Below, piece by piece: positions 47,171-56,732 of a DNA stretch of 64,000 bases (positions within the stretch are counted from its first letter, which is position 1; every line of letters starts with the position of its first letter). A model generated the notes under the pieces. The model saw nothing but the letters and a program-made list of their open reading frames with translations, was not told where the DNA came from and searched no databases. This DNA is from Candidatus Binatia bacterium (GTDB lineage Bacteria; Desulfobacterota; Binatia; UBA9968). A program made the translations under genes and the position numbers. The DNA lies in assembly GCA_036506735.1 (NCBI GenBank), contig DASXRG010000136.1:17654-81653 (forward strand). The letters are read 5' to 3'.

Positions 47171-47534
47171 GAGAGAAGAGCCGATGGGCGCCGCCGCGGT
47201 CGTAGGTGATGCTGCGAACTTCCTTGCGGTTGGCCCGCAGGCGCTGGTCGATTTGTTGGAAGCTGGTGAGAACGCCGGATTGGTCGCTCGCCTCGACCAG
47301 AAGCAGGACCGGCGCTTTAATCGAGTCCAGCCGCTCGGTCAACTCTTGCACCTCTCGTCCCACGGGGGCGAGGAGACCGAGCGCTTTCAAATCGTTCCGC
47401 CCCAGCGCAACCGACAACGATAACGCCCCTCCGCGAGAAAAGCCTACGAGCGCGATTCGCGACGCGTCGATGTCCGCCAGCGTCTTGACGTGATCGATCG
47501 AGCGGGCGATCTGCTGTTTGTGACGCGGCTGCAT
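47148..47534 (-). pseudogene. Dienelactone-hydrolase family gene, N-terminally truncated fragment
   Basis: ORF starts MQPRHKQ, but DLH homology (EDGYNLKAIREAFAADGFFVFAPIRKGGPE...IALVGFSRGG...) continues in-frame upstream to an in-frame stop. The ~40 N-terminal residues are missing. Confidence 0.45.
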
Positions 47535-47633
47535 TTCCGGCCCGCCTTTGCGAATCGGGGCGAAGACGAAGAAACCATCGGCAGCGAAGGCCTCACGGAT
47601 GGCTTTGAGGTTGTAGCCATCCTCCGCCGCTCC

Positions 47634-48326
47634 TCAACTTCCCGCCTTGATGAAAACGACGCTGCGCCCGTCCGGCGATAATCCAGGCTGGACGCAGCTT
47701 ACGCCGTCACACGCGCTGATGTTCTGCGGCGCGGCGTTGCCGCGTCGAAGGTAAACCTCGGTCCATTCTATATTGCGCGAGAGACCGCGCTTGGTTTCGG
47801 TCTTGGTATAAACGACCGTGTCGCCGTACACCCGTTCCTGGCCGCGGATTTGCGCCAGCATGCGGCGCTGCTCGTCCGACTTGGCGTCATACGGCAACGG
47901 CGTAACTCCGCCGCTCTTCAGCGACACCACCGCCAGCGGCGCGCCTTTGGCGCCGTTCTCCATTAGCAGCACGGCCTCGTCCGGACTCTTGCCGTCGAAT
48001 CCTACCAGCTTGAGCGCGCCCGGGACTTTTTGCACGCCCACGGCTTTGCCGCCTTCGGAAGGAATCCGAACGATCGTGTCGCCCTTGAGGGCGTAGACGG
48101 CTCGATCCGCCGGCGAGAAGACGGGCGCGCGGTAACCGCCGTCGGTCGTCAACGCTCTTACCGTCCCCCGGTCCAGGCTCGCGATCCAGACGTTTCCCGT
48201 GTCGATCTCATCGCCCGGTCCGCGCATCTGCCCGGGCGCCGCGGTCAGCCCCGAAACCCGCAGCAGGCGGTTGACGAGCGATTCCGTGGCGGCGCCGACA
48301 GGAACCGCCAGCGCCAGCAATAGCAT
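47634..48326 (-). CDS. Secreted hypothetical protein (possible beta-propeller/TolB-like fold)
   Basis: Start set at MLLLALAVPVGAATE (signal peptide); the longer upstream ORF overlaps the neighbouring gene. Repeated ...VYALKGDTIVRIP / VVSLKSGGVTPLP strands. Confidence 0.5.
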   Translation of the reverse strand: MLLLALAVPVGAATESLVNRLLRVSGLTAAPGQMRGPGDEIDTGNVWIASLDRGTVRALTTDGGYRAPVFSPADRAVYALKGDTIVRIPSEGGKAVGVQKVPGALKLVGFDGKSPDEAVLLMENGAKGAPLAVVSLKSGGVTPLPYDAKSDEQRRMLAQIRGQERVYGDTVVYTKTETKRGLSRNIEWTEVYLRRGNAAPQNISACDGVSCVQPGLSPDGRSVVFIKAGS

Positions 48327-48352
48327 CACGCGCGCCAACCGCCGTGGACCGA

Positions 48353-49231
48353 TCACCGCTTCTCTCCGGTCAGAAAAAGTTTCGGCACCATACGGTCGAA
48401 GCCGAGAATCTCCGTGCGCTCGATTTTGCCGCGCGGCACCGTGAGCAGCTCCCGGCGCGGCGCTTCCGGACGCCGAATCAGAAACGTCGCGCCGTCCTTC
48501 CCTTCCCACACGAGCCATGCCTCCTCGCCGTCGGCCAGCACCTTGTCTCCGATCGCCGCGACCCGCGGCAGCGTTTTGTCGGCGATGAGAACTCCGTAAT
48601 TGATCGGCAACAGCAGGATCTGCACCGCCGCGAGAAACGCGAGCAACGCTCTGGCGAACGCCGCCCGCGCGCCCAGCGGTTCATCGCGGAGCGCCGCCAG
48701 GATCGCCAGGGAAACCGCGCAGGCCGCGACGAGCCCGCTAAAATAGAGCGGCATGAGCGCATCGTCGAGCAGCAGCCTGACGAGCCAGGCGGGCTGCGGC
48801 GGCAAGGCGGGAGCCAGCAGCAGATCGGTGAAGAAGAAGCATTGCCGCATGACGAACTGAATCATAATCACGGCGAAAACCACGCCGAAAACCGCGAGCC
48901 GCTCCGGCTGTACCATCCAGACCGTAGCTTTGGCGCGAGCCGTCTCCGGCACAAGCCTGCCCGCCGACCACGCCAGCGCCGCCAGCGGCAGCGCGACGAG
49001 CACAACGGCCGGCACGGCGGAGACGAGGTAAACGAGAAAACGCGCCCCGGTGAAGAGATATCGCTCATCGAGAACGGCGAGGTCCGTGCCGATGCCGATC
49101 GCGGTCAGATGAAATCTGAGCGCGAGATAACCGAGCACGTATAACAGGAAGCTGCCGACGACCGTGTACCTCGTCCAGTCGCTTCCCAGCGCCTTGACGC
49201 GCTCGCCCAGTTCCTGCAGCAGGTTCGCCAC
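48353..49231 (-). CDS. Polytopic membrane protein with C-terminal soluble domain, hypothetical
   Basis: At least six predicted TM helices (FLLYVLGYLALRF..., FLVYLVSAVPAVVLVALPLAALAW..., FGVVFAVIMIQFVM...), then a ~60-aa hydrophilic tail. GTG start 3 nt after the CHAT gene stop. Confidence 0.55.
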   Translation of the reverse strand: MANLLQELGERVKALGSDWTRYTVVGSFLLYVLGYLALRFHLTAIGIGTDLAVLDERYLFTGARFLVYLVSAVPAVVLVALPLAALAWSAGRLVPETARAKATVWMVQPERLAVFGVVFAVIMIQFVMRQCFFFTDLLLAPALPPQPAWLVRLLLDDALMPLYFSGLVAACAVSLAILAALRDEPLGARAAFARALLAFLAAVQILLLPINYGVLIADKTLPRVAAIGDKVLADGEEAWLVWEGKDGATFLIRRPEAPRRELLTVPRGKIERTEILGFDRMVPKLFLTGEKR

Positions 49232-49234
49232 TTT

Positions 49235-51766
49235 TTATCGCCCGATCATCGTGAACGCCGCCCAGTAGTACGGATGGCCGTACGCCGGATTGCTTTTCAC
49301 TTTTATGAGCGCCGCGCGCGCCGCCTCCTGCGGCGGCCGGTTGAGCGCGGCTTCGTAAAAGCTTTGCATCCACAGCGCGGTCGCCGCCGAGTCCACCTTC
49401 CAGTGCGACACGACCAGGGTTCCCGCGCCCGCGTAAATCAGCGCGCGCACGATGCCGAGGACTTCGTTCGCGTGCGTCGCCTCGGCGCGTCCGGTTTCGC
49501 ACGCGGAAAGCACGACCAGCCGACTTTTTTCGAGCGGCAGGCCGAACATCTCCGCCGCGGTCAGCTTGCCGTCGTCGCCGGCGCCGCCAGCGAGCGACAG
49601 GTAGGAGAGCATCGGCTCGGCGCCGTCGAATTTGCCGTGCACGGAGAGATGAATCACGTCGAAATCGCGCACCCAGGATTTAACATCGCCTTCGCGCGCG
49701 AGCTCATCGACGACGACCTTGTTGCGCCCGGGAAAAAGTTTCGCGATCGCCTGCACCTCGGGAACCGCCGCGTCGATGCTCGGATCCGCGACCGCGAGCA
49801 GCCTGCCGCCCGATAACCCCGGCGGCCGCCTGAGGCCGAGCAGCACGGAGGCGCTCGGGGCGTAGGTGATCTGAAAACGCTCGCCGAGGTAACGCCCGTC
49901 CGCCGGATCCTGGAAAACCTGAAATGGAACGTAATGCAGGTCTTCGTGCGGGATAATGACCAGCCGCTCGCTGCGAATGCGCGCGAGGACCGGCTGGATG
50001 AGGAAAAGGAACAGCTCGCGCGCGGTCGTTTCATCGAAACGCGCGTTCCGGTCGGCGAGACTTTTTTGCAGCGCGGCGACCTTGCCGATCATCTCGCTCC
50101 GCGGCAGAAAAACGCTGCGCACGAATACCGAGTCGGGCGCGATGTGCCAGACGATGATGCTGTGCTCGAGGACAAGGTATTCGAGCACCTCATAACCTTC
50201 CTCGCGCATCGATTGCTGCAAGGCCTTGAGACTCGCCGGCGCCGAAGTGACGAGGTTCTGCAGCCGCGGCGACTCGACGGCCATGCGCGCGACGACTTTT
50301 TGGTGCTGCGCCTCGAGCGTCCGTATCTGATCCTGGAGCGCGCTCATCTGCGGCGCGTTCTTCGCCGCGTCGCGCTGGCTCGCGATTTCGAAGAGCCGGC
50401 TCTGCGCGTCGGCGATCCGGGTTCGGAGCACCGTCGATTCCGCGTAGAGCTTTTGTTCCTCGGGCCGTTCGAGCCCGAGCTTGCGGCTGGCGAGCAGATC
50501 GGCGAGCGCCCGGGAGCGCGAACGCTCGAACAGCTCGAAGGCCTCGGCGTAACGGCGGCGCTCGAGCAACTGCTGGATCGGCGCGTAGTAGAAATTGATC
50601 CGGTCCTCGAGAAAAGTGCCCCGGCTGCGCTCGTCGCGCAGCGCCCGGCGGTCGCTTTCGAGCGTCTCGACCGCTTTCAAGAAATCCGCCAGTGCCGCGT
50701 CGTTGTTGCCGCGCAGCTCGTTCATCATGCCTTCGGTGAAATGGGTCCGCGCCTGAACGACGTCGGCAAAGCCGCCCGCCTGCTGCTCCATGCGCTTGGA
50801 AGCCTGGTAGATCTCGTTGAGCATCGGCGGAATTTCTCCGGGCGGCGGGACAAATTTTTCCGTCACCAGAACGTCGGCGGCCTTCTTCGGATGGAACACG
50901 CCGGTCTTTTGCACGGTCTGGTGCATGCGTTCCTGGGACTGGATCAGGCCGCGGCTCGCTTCGACGTTGCCGATCAGGCCCTCGGTCTGGCGCGCGAGCC
51001 CGGAGTAGCCGAGCTTGCGGACGATCGCGAGCCCCTGCTCGAGGTCGGCGCGCGCGCGGTCGAGCGCCTGATAGCACGGCTCGAACGAGCGCTGGAAATC
51101 GCATTTTCCGCCGGTTTTGAAATACACGTCCGACCGGTTCAAGTAGGCAAAATACGAAGCCATCGGATCTTTCGCCTGTGCGGCGACCGTGACCTCGCGG
51201 TTGAGAGTATCCGACGCGCCGGCGAGGTTGCCCTGCGCGATCTGGACGGTGCCGAGCACGTCCAGCGCGCGCGCCAGCACGTCCTTGTCGCTGATGCCTT
51301 CCGCAAGCCGCACGGCTTGCGTCGCATCGGCGAAGGCCTGGCCGACGTTTCGCCGCGAAGATTCGGCGAGCGCCTTCCACGCGAGCGCGTCCGCCTGATG
51401 CGCCACGTTTCGAGCGCGCTTGGCGGCCTCTTCGGCCTGCTGGTATAACGCGATGGCATTCGGCCACTGGCTTTGCATCCGATAAATGTGGCCCTGTTTG
51501 GTCAAGCCGAGCGCGAGCGCCGGCCAGTCGCCGCGGGCGGCGAGCATTTGGTTGCTGGCGCCGAGCTCCGCGTCCGCCTGCGCGAGGTCGGAGAGCCGCG
51601 AGCGCGGGTCGCCGGTTTTGCGAAACTGGTCGACAAATCCGTCGATGCGCTCGATCGCGCGCTTCTGCAAGGCGATCGGATCGCTTTGGGCGCGGGCAGA
51701 TTGCGCCGGCAGGAGCAGACACAAAAACAGCGCCGTAAATACGAAAGTGAAATCGCGTCGATCCAT
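49235..51766 (-). CDS. Secreted TPR-CHAT protein (caspase-like His/Cys protease domain)
   Basis: Signal peptide MDRRDFTFVFTALFLCLLLPAQSARAQS with GGGAG RBS. N-terminal helical TPR-like repeats. C-terminal CHAT domain with His (DVIHLSVHGKFD) and Cys (LVVLSACETG) dyad. Confidence 0.8.
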   Translation of the reverse strand: MDRRDFTFVFTALFLCLLLPAQSARAQSDPIALQKRAIERIDGFVDQFRKTGDPRSRLSDLAQADAELGASNQMLAARGDWPALALGLTKQGHIYRMQSQWPNAIALYQQAEEAAKRARNVAHQADALAWKALAESSRRNVGQAFADATQAVRLAEGISDKDVLARALDVLGTVQIAQGNLAGASDTLNREVTVAAQAKDPMASYFAYLNRSDVYFKTGGKCDFQRSFEPCYQALDRARADLEQGLAIVRKLGYSGLARQTEGLIGNVEASRGLIQSQERMHQTVQKTGVFHPKKAADVLVTEKFVPPPGEIPPMLNEIYQASKRMEQQAGGFADVVQARTHFTEGMMNELRGNNDAALADFLKAVETLESDRRALRDERSRGTFLEDRINFYYAPIQQLLERRRYAEAFELFERSRSRALADLLASRKLGLERPEEQKLYAESTVLRTRIADAQSRLFEIASQRDAAKNAPQMSALQDQIRTLEAQHQKVVARMAVESPRLQNLVTSAPASLKALQQSMREEGYEVLEYLVLEHSIIVWHIAPDSVFVRSVFLPRSEMIGKVAALQKSLADRNARFDETTARELFLFLIQPVLARIRSERLVIIPHEDLHYVPFQVFQDPADGRYLGERFQITYAPSASVLLGLRRPPGLSGGRLLAVADPSIDAAVPEVQAIAKLFPGRNKVVVDELAREGDVKSWVRDFDVIHLSVHGKFDGAEPMLSYLSLAGGAGDDGKLTAAEMFGLPLEKSRLVVLSACETGRAEATHANEVLGIVRALIYAGAGTLVVSHWKVDSAATALWMQSFYEAALNRPPQEAARAALIKVKSNPAYGHPYYWAAFTMIGR

Positions 51767-51964
51767 AAGCGCTCCCGGCCGGGTGGCACTGAAAATCAAA
51801 CGTTAATCGCCGCGGCTGCCTCGCCGAAGTAGTGTGACGTAAATTAAGTCAATTGAGGCGAAGCGTCAAGCGAGAACGGCCACACACGCCGACAAAAGCG
51901 CGTTCTTGCGGGCTAGGGTCGTATCTTGTAAGAACAGCTACACGATCGCAGAAAGGAGTTAACG

Positions 51965-53074
51965 ATGGACGTACGAGCGGCGGTGGCGTTCGCGCCGGGC
52001 CAACCACTCAAGACTGAAACCGTAAAACTGGAAGGTCCGAAAGACGGCGAAGTCCTGATCGAGATCAAGGCGACCGGAGTCTGCCACACGGATGAGTTCA
52101 CGCGCTCGGGCGGCGATCCGGAGGGACTCTTCCCGGTAATTTTCGGCCACGAGGGCGCGGGCATCGTCGTGGATGTCGGACGCGGCGTGACTTCAGTTGC
52201 GAAGGACGATCATGTCATCCCGCTCTACATCCCTGAGTGCCGCAACTGCAAGGCGTGCCTGTCGGGCAAAACGAATCTCTGCACCGCGATCCGTGCGACC
52301 CAGGGCAAAGGCGTGATGCCGGACGGGACCAGCCGGTTTTCGCTCGGCGGCGAGAAGCTGCACCACTACATGGGCTGCTCGACGTTCGCCAACTACACGG
52401 TGCTGCCGGAGATCGCCGTCGCGAAAATTCGCAAAGACGCGCCGTTCGACAAAGTCTGCTACATCGGCTGCGGCGTGACGACCGGAATCGGCGCGGTGCT
52501 CAACACCGCGAAAGTCGAGCCCGGCGCGAGCGTGGTCGTGTTCGGCTTGGGCGGCATCGGCCTCAACGTCGTGCAAGGCGCGCGCATGGCCGGCGCGAAC
52601 CGGACCATCGGCGTCGATATCAATCCGAAGCGCGAAACGCTGGCGCGGAAATTCGGCATGACGGACTTCGTCAACCCGAAAGAAGTCGCAGGCGATCTCG
52701 TCGCACACCTCACGGACCTCACCGACGGCGGCGCCGACTACAGCTTCGAGTGCATCGGCAACGTGGACGTGATGCGCCAGGCGTTGGAGTGCTGCCACCG
52801 GGGCTGGGGCGTGTCGACGATCATCGGCGTCGCCGGCGCGGGACATGAGATCAGGACGCGCCCGTTTCAGCTCGTCACCGGCCGCGTCTGGAAAGGCACC
52901 GCCTTCGGCGGCGCCAGAGGCCGCACCGACGTGCCGAAATTCGTCGATTGGTACATGGAAAAGAAGATCAACATCGACGACCTCATCACCCACACGATGC
53001 CGCTGGAAAAAATCAACGACGCGTTCGATCTGATGCACTCAGGAGAGTCGATCAGAAGTGTGGTGATCTATTAG
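51965..53074 (+). CDS. frmA: S-(hydroxymethyl)glutathione dehydrogenase / class III alcohol dehydrogenase
   Basis: 369 aa. Catalytic Zn (GVCHTD, GHEGAG), structural Zn Cys cluster ([15 protein letters not shown]), NAD Rossmann motif GLGGIGL. AAAGGAG RBS. Confidence 0.9.
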   Translation: MDVRAAVAFAPGQPLKTETVKLEGPKDGEVLIEIKATGVCHTDEFTRSGGDPEGLFPVIFGHEGAGIVVDVGRGVTSVAKDDHVIPLYIPECRNCKACLSGKTNLCTAIRATQGKGVMPDGTSRFSLGGEKLHHYMGCSTFANYTVLPEIAVAKIRKDAPFDKVCYIGCGVTTGIGAVLNTAKVEPGASVVVFGLGGIGLNVVQGARMAGANRTIGVDINPKRETLARKFGMTDFVNPKEVAGDLVAHLTDLTDGGADYSFECIGNVDVMRQALECCHRGWGVSTIIGVAGAGHEIRTRPFQLVTGRVWKGTAFGGARGRTDVPKFVDWYMEKKINIDDLITHTMPLEKINDAFDLMHSGESIRSVVIY

Positions 53075-53132
53075 GCGAGAGGCTAGCGGCAACAGGCGAG
53101 AATTCTTTCGTTCATGCCTCGCGCCTCACGCC

Positions 53133-53921
53133 TCACGCCTTCTTGATGCCGCGGACGGCGCGCGCCCTGCCATTCAGTTTAAACGGTCGATCAGGACCAG
53201 CGCCGATAACTCTTTCACGCACCCGCGCGCGCACAGCTTCCTGCTGTTCGGCAGGCAAACTGACGAAGTAAGACCCGCCCGATCCCTGGCCGCCATAGAA
53301 CGGCGCCCAGAAATCGTCGAACGACTTAAACTCGGGCGATATGACCAGTGGCTTTTCTTCGACGTCGGTAAATCCAACTTCGTGCCACAAAGCTGAAAGT
53401 TGGTCCTTGACGTAAAGCCGCTCATCCCGCGTCTGTTTGCCGGCGGGATCGATTTCCGCCGCGCTGTCCCAAAACACCGAATGGAGCTCATTCTCGTCCC
53501 GGTCCCAAACGGCCGCCGCTACGATTCCTCCCCGCCGGGCGACCCGGCTCATTTCGCATAGTGCGCCGCGAGCGTCCGGAATCAACTGAATGACGAGGAG
53601 AGCGAGGCATTTGTCGAACGAGCCGTCGGGATAAGGCAGGCTCAGAGCATTGCCGATGTCGAAGGTGACGCGCGGATCGCTCGCGCGGGAGCGGGCATAT
53701 TCAATGAAAGCCTCCGATCGGTCGATGCCGACGATCTCGCTTCGAGCCCGCCGGGCTGCGGCGGTGAAAGCGAGCCCTCCCGTCCCGCAGCCGACGTCGA
53801 GCAGCCGTTCGCCGTCTTTGATGCCGACAAAATCGATAAACGGCCCGGCCAATAGCTGGCTGTAACGGCCGGTGCGCTGATTGTAGGCTTCAGCGTTGGA
53901 AAACCCGCCGGGTTTGCTCAT
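53133..53921 (-). CDS. Class I SAM-dependent methyltransferase (Methyltransf_11/25-like)
   Basis: Motif I LLDVGCGTGGLAF; post-I acidic residue. Paralog of 53928-54710. Confidence 0.75.
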   Translation of the reverse strand: MSKPGGFSNAEAYNQRTGRYSQLLAGPFIDFVGIKDGERLLDVGCGTGGLAFTAAARRARSEIVGIDRSEAFIEYARSRASDPRVTFDIGNALSLPYPDGSFDKCLALLVIQLIPDARGALCEMSRVARRGGIVAAAVWDRDENELHSVFWDSAAEIDPAGKQTRDERLYVKDQLSALWHEVGFTDVEEKPLVISPEFKSFDDFWAPFYGGQGSGGSYFVSLPAEQQEAVRARVRERVIGAGPDRPFKLNGRARAVRGIKKA

Positions 53922-53927
53922 AACTCG

Positions 53928-54710
53928 TTATCTAACGCCGCGGACAGCCCAGGCTTTCGCTCGCAGTTTGAACGCTCGGTCGGGGCCGGCGCCGAACACT
54001 TTCTCGCGCACGCGATTACGCAAGGTTAGCTGTTTGTCGACAGATAGACTGGCCAAGTAAGAACCGGCCGGACCTTGGCCTTCGACCAACGGCTTCCAGT
54101 ACTCGTCAAACGATTTAAATTCAGGCCAAAGGAGCAATGCCGTTTCATCAATGCCGGTAAACCCGCCTTCGACCCATAAGCCTGCGAGTTGACCCGCGAC
54201 GTAACCCCGGGTCTCCCGCATCTTTCCAGCCTCCGGGCTGATTTCAGCCGCGCTATTCCAGAAGAAAGTGTGAAAGTCATCCTCGTCCCGGTCCCAAACG
54301 CATGCCGCTACAGTTCCCCCCTGCCGGGTCACCCGTCGCATCTCGGATACCGCTCTCCGGACATCTGGAATGAACTGGACGACGAGCAAAGATAGGGATT
54401 TGTCGAAGGAACCGTCAGTATAAGGAAGGCTCAGAGCGTCGCCGACCTCGAACCTTAAGCGCGGCTCGCTCGTCTGCGCGCGGTCGTATTCGATAAAGGA
54501 TTCTGATCGATCGATTCCAACAATCTCGCTTCGAGGATTCAGGGCTGCGGCGACAAACGCAAGCGAGCCTGTGCCACAGCCGACATCGAGCAGGCGCTCG
54601 CCGTCTTTGACGCCGGCAAAATCGATAAATTGTGGCGCCAACAGCCGGCTGATACGGCCGGTGTGGCGATTGTATGCTTCCGCGTTGGAAAACCTGCCGG
54701 TCAATTTCAT
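53928..54710 (-). CDS. Class I SAM-dependent methyltransferase, paralog
   Basis: MKLTGRFSNAEAYNRHTGRISRLLAPQFIDFAGVKDGERLLDVGCGTGSLAF is co-linear with 53133-53921. Start set at the internal ATG matching the paralog N-terminus. Confidence 0.75.
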   Translation of the reverse strand: MKLTGRFSNAEAYNRHTGRISRLLAPQFIDFAGVKDGERLLDVGCGTGSLAFVAAALNPRSEIVGIDRSESFIEYDRAQTSEPRLRFEVGDALSLPYTDGSFDKSLSLLVVQFIPDVRRAVSEMRRVTRQGGTVAACVWDRDEDDFHTFFWNSAAEISPEAGKMRETRGYVAGQLAGLWVEGGFTGIDETALLLWPEFKSFDEYWKPLVEGQGPAGSYLASLSVDKQLTLRNRVREKVFGAGPDRAFKLRAKAWAVRGVR

Positions 54711-54717
54711 GAGTGAT

Positions 54718-55461
54718 TTACGTCTTTTTCTTGCTGAGCCTGAACGGGATGATCTTCGGCACCTGCTGCTGATATTGCCTGTAGGCGTCGCCGAAGAAAC
54801 TGACCAGATCTTTCTCCTCGTATTTAATCGCGCGCAGAATATATCCAGTGGTGACGATGGCAAATAGCAAGTGGCCAACGGTCATCGTCGGCGTCGACCA
54901 GAAGGCAAAAAACCAGCCGAGATAAAGCGGGTGGCGCACGTATTTATAAAGACCGGGCGTCTTGAAGGTCACCGGCGTGGGCTGTTTCCCTATGAGGTGA
55001 AGAAAAACCTGGCGCAAGCCGAAGAGATCGAAGTGGTTGATCAAAAATGTGCTCGTCAGGACAAGGAGCCAGCCGAGCGCAAAGAGCGCCCATAAGATAA
55101 AGCGCCCTGCCGGATTCTCCACGTTCCAAATGACGCCGGTCATCGGCCGCCACTGCCAGAAGAGAAGGATCAGCAGCAGGCTGGAGAGCAGGACATAAGT
55201 GCTGCGCTCCGCCGGCTCGGGGATGATCTTCGTCCAAGCGCGCTTGAATCCCTGACGCGCCATCACGCTGTGCTGAATCGCGAAGAGTCCCAGCAGCGCG
55301 ACGTTGATCACCAGCGCCTGGCCGCGCGGGCCTAGCACGCCGCCGTCGATACCTTTTGGAACGAGAAAATTACTCAGGAACCCGATTGCGTAAAGAAAAG
55401 TTCCCAGGAATATAAGGTAGCAGACCACACCGTAGATAAAGATAAAAACACGCCCCACCAT
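54718..55461 (-). CDS. Membrane methyltransferase of the ICMT/PEMT (isoprenylcysteine carboxyl / phospholipid methyltransferase, MddA-like) family
   Basis: Four or five TM helices and C-terminal RHPLYLG...EEKDLVSFFGDAYRQY motif. GGAGG RBS before ATG 55461. Confidence 0.7.
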   Translation of the reverse strand: MVGRVFIFIYGVVCYLIFLGTFLYAIGFLSNFLVPKGIDGGVLGPRGQALVINVALLGLFAIQHSVMARQGFKRAWTKIIPEPAERSTYVLLSSLLLILLFWQWRPMTGVIWNVENPAGRFILWALFALGWLLVLTSTFLINHFDLFGLRQVFLHLIGKQPTPVTFKTPGLYKYVRHPLYLGWFFAFWSTPTMTVGHLLFAIVTTGYILRAIKYEEKDLVSFFGDAYRQYQQQVPKIIPFRLSKKKT

Positions 55462-55675
55462 AGAAGACCTCCTTCCCGAAGGTTCTAACCGCTGGTAAAG
55501 ATCCCGGCGGGCCGTGTGAAACAACTCGAAGATGTGGCCGGATCGAGCGAGCCAGCCATAATAGCTCCCATGAAATTAGGATGGGACGGCAACGGTTGTC
55601 AAGAAAATAGTATTATGTAGAAGAGCGCGAATGCTTAACGCACGCCGCGCGCGCCGCCCACGCGTGGCGCGGCGC

Positions 55676-55852
55676 CGCAGCCGCGAGCGTGTAGGTAAGC
55701 GATCCGGTGCCGCAGCCGACATCGAGCAGGCGCTCGCCGTCCGCGATTCCCACGAAGTCGACGAAGCGCCGCGCGAAGAGCCGGCTCCACCGTCCCATGT
55801 AGCGCTCGTAACCCTCGGCGTTGGAAAAATTAACTGTCGGATTCGTCGTCAT
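55676..55852 (-). pseudogene. N-terminal fragment (~58 aa) of a third methyltransferase paralog
   Basis: MTTNPTVNFSNAEGYERYMGRWSRLFARRFVDFVGIADGERLLDVGCGTGSL matches the paralog N-termini through motif I. It then diverges into unrelated sequence and no frame restores homology. Confidence 0.55.
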
Positions 55853-55862
55853 CGCGCAAAGC

Positions 55863-56174
55863 TCAACGCCAGTCCCTATCCGGAGGGATCACGTTCTTGC
55901 CGAAGCGCCGCTCCGCCGGCGCGGCGAGCCAGGATTGTGTTTTTTCGAAGTAGAGTTTGAAGTGCGGTGTTTGGCGATGCGCTTCCAGCGCCGCTTCGTC
56001 CTTGTAAACTTCGTAAAAATAAAAACGGTTGGGATCGTCGCGGTCCTGGATCACGTCGAAGCGCACACAACCGGGCTCCTGCTGCGAATGTTCCGCGTCG
56101 TAGCGCGCCATCTCCAAGAATTCGGCGGCGTGCTCCGGCTTTACCTGAAACGTCACCTGCAGCACGACCATCAA
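55863..56174 (-). CDS. Antibiotic-biosynthesis-monooxygenase (ABM) domain protein
   Basis: 103 aa. ...VRFDVIQDRDDPNRFYFYEVYKDEAALEAHRQTPHF... is a ferredoxin-like ABM signature. Confidence 0.7.
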   Translation of the reverse strand: MMVVLQVTFQVKPEHAAEFLEMARYDAEHSQQEPGCVRFDVIQDRDDPNRFYFYEVYKDEAALEAHRQTPHFKLYFEKTQSWLAAPAERRFGKNVIPPDRDWR

Positions 56175-56188
56175 GGTACCTCGCGACT

Positions 56189-56632
56189 CTACTTTGCGGG
56201 GATAAGGTCAAATTTTCCGGACGCTTCTTCGTAGAACAGCGCGCCTTCTTTCGCGTCCCCGCCGCTCCAGTGCTTCAATTTGCCGGGAATTCGGATGAAG
56301 CTGCCCGGGCCTACCCGTTTCTCACCCGCGTCGTCCTTATACAGGTATGCGCCTTTGATGACGACGAGCCAAACGTCGTTCGTGTGCGTGTGCATCCCGG
56401 CATCCATCCCCGGTTTGAATTTCGTGAACGCGCCGTACGGTCCCTTGTCGGGATTACCCCAAAGCACCGCCCTGGTTACGCCCGGAACTACTTCCTTATA
56501 CTTGGCCTCGTCCGCAGTGGCGAAGATCGCCGGCTTGGCTTTGGTTTGTTTTTCCGCGCTCTCGGCGAAGCCGATCCATGACGTAGCGGCTAGTTCAACC
56601 GCCAATCCAAAAACTATCAAAAACTTTTTCAT
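56189..56632 (-). CDS. Secreted cupin-domain protein
   Basis: Signal peptide MKKFLIVFGLAVELAATSWIGFAES. Cupin His cluster (GMHTHTNDVWLVVIKG...GSFIRIPGKLKHW). Confidence 0.6.
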   Translation of the reverse strand: MKKFLIVFGLAVELAATSWIGFAESAEKQTKAKPAIFATADEAKYKEVVPGVTRAVLWGNPDKGPYGAFTKFKPGMDAGMHTHTNDVWLVVIKGAYLYKDDAGEKRVGPGSFIRIPGKLKHWSGGDAKEGALFYEEASGKFDLIPAK

Positions 56633-56732
56633 GGCACCCTCCTGTTGTCGGAACCCTACCGCGAAGTGCAACGGGTTGTAATTGCCATAACGGAAGCCCG
56701 ACAAGTGGTCAAGGTGTCCTAATCAGATGAGC

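Noticed and set aside
47148-47534. Treating the 128-aa dienelactone-hydrolase ORF as an intact small gene
   Set aside because: Homology to the DLH family continues upstream of its ATG in the same frame (EDGYNLKAIREAFAADGFFVFAP...) up to a stop codon. The ORF is therefore a truncated remnant that fortuitously begins with Met.
49235-51766. TPR-CHAT protein as a CRISPR type III-E Craspase (Csx29-like) or other defence-associated CHAT
   Set aside because: The protein has a Sec signal peptide and periplasmic/membrane neighbours. There is no Cas7-11, Csx30/31 or other defence gene nearby, so a cytoplasmic defence role is not supported.
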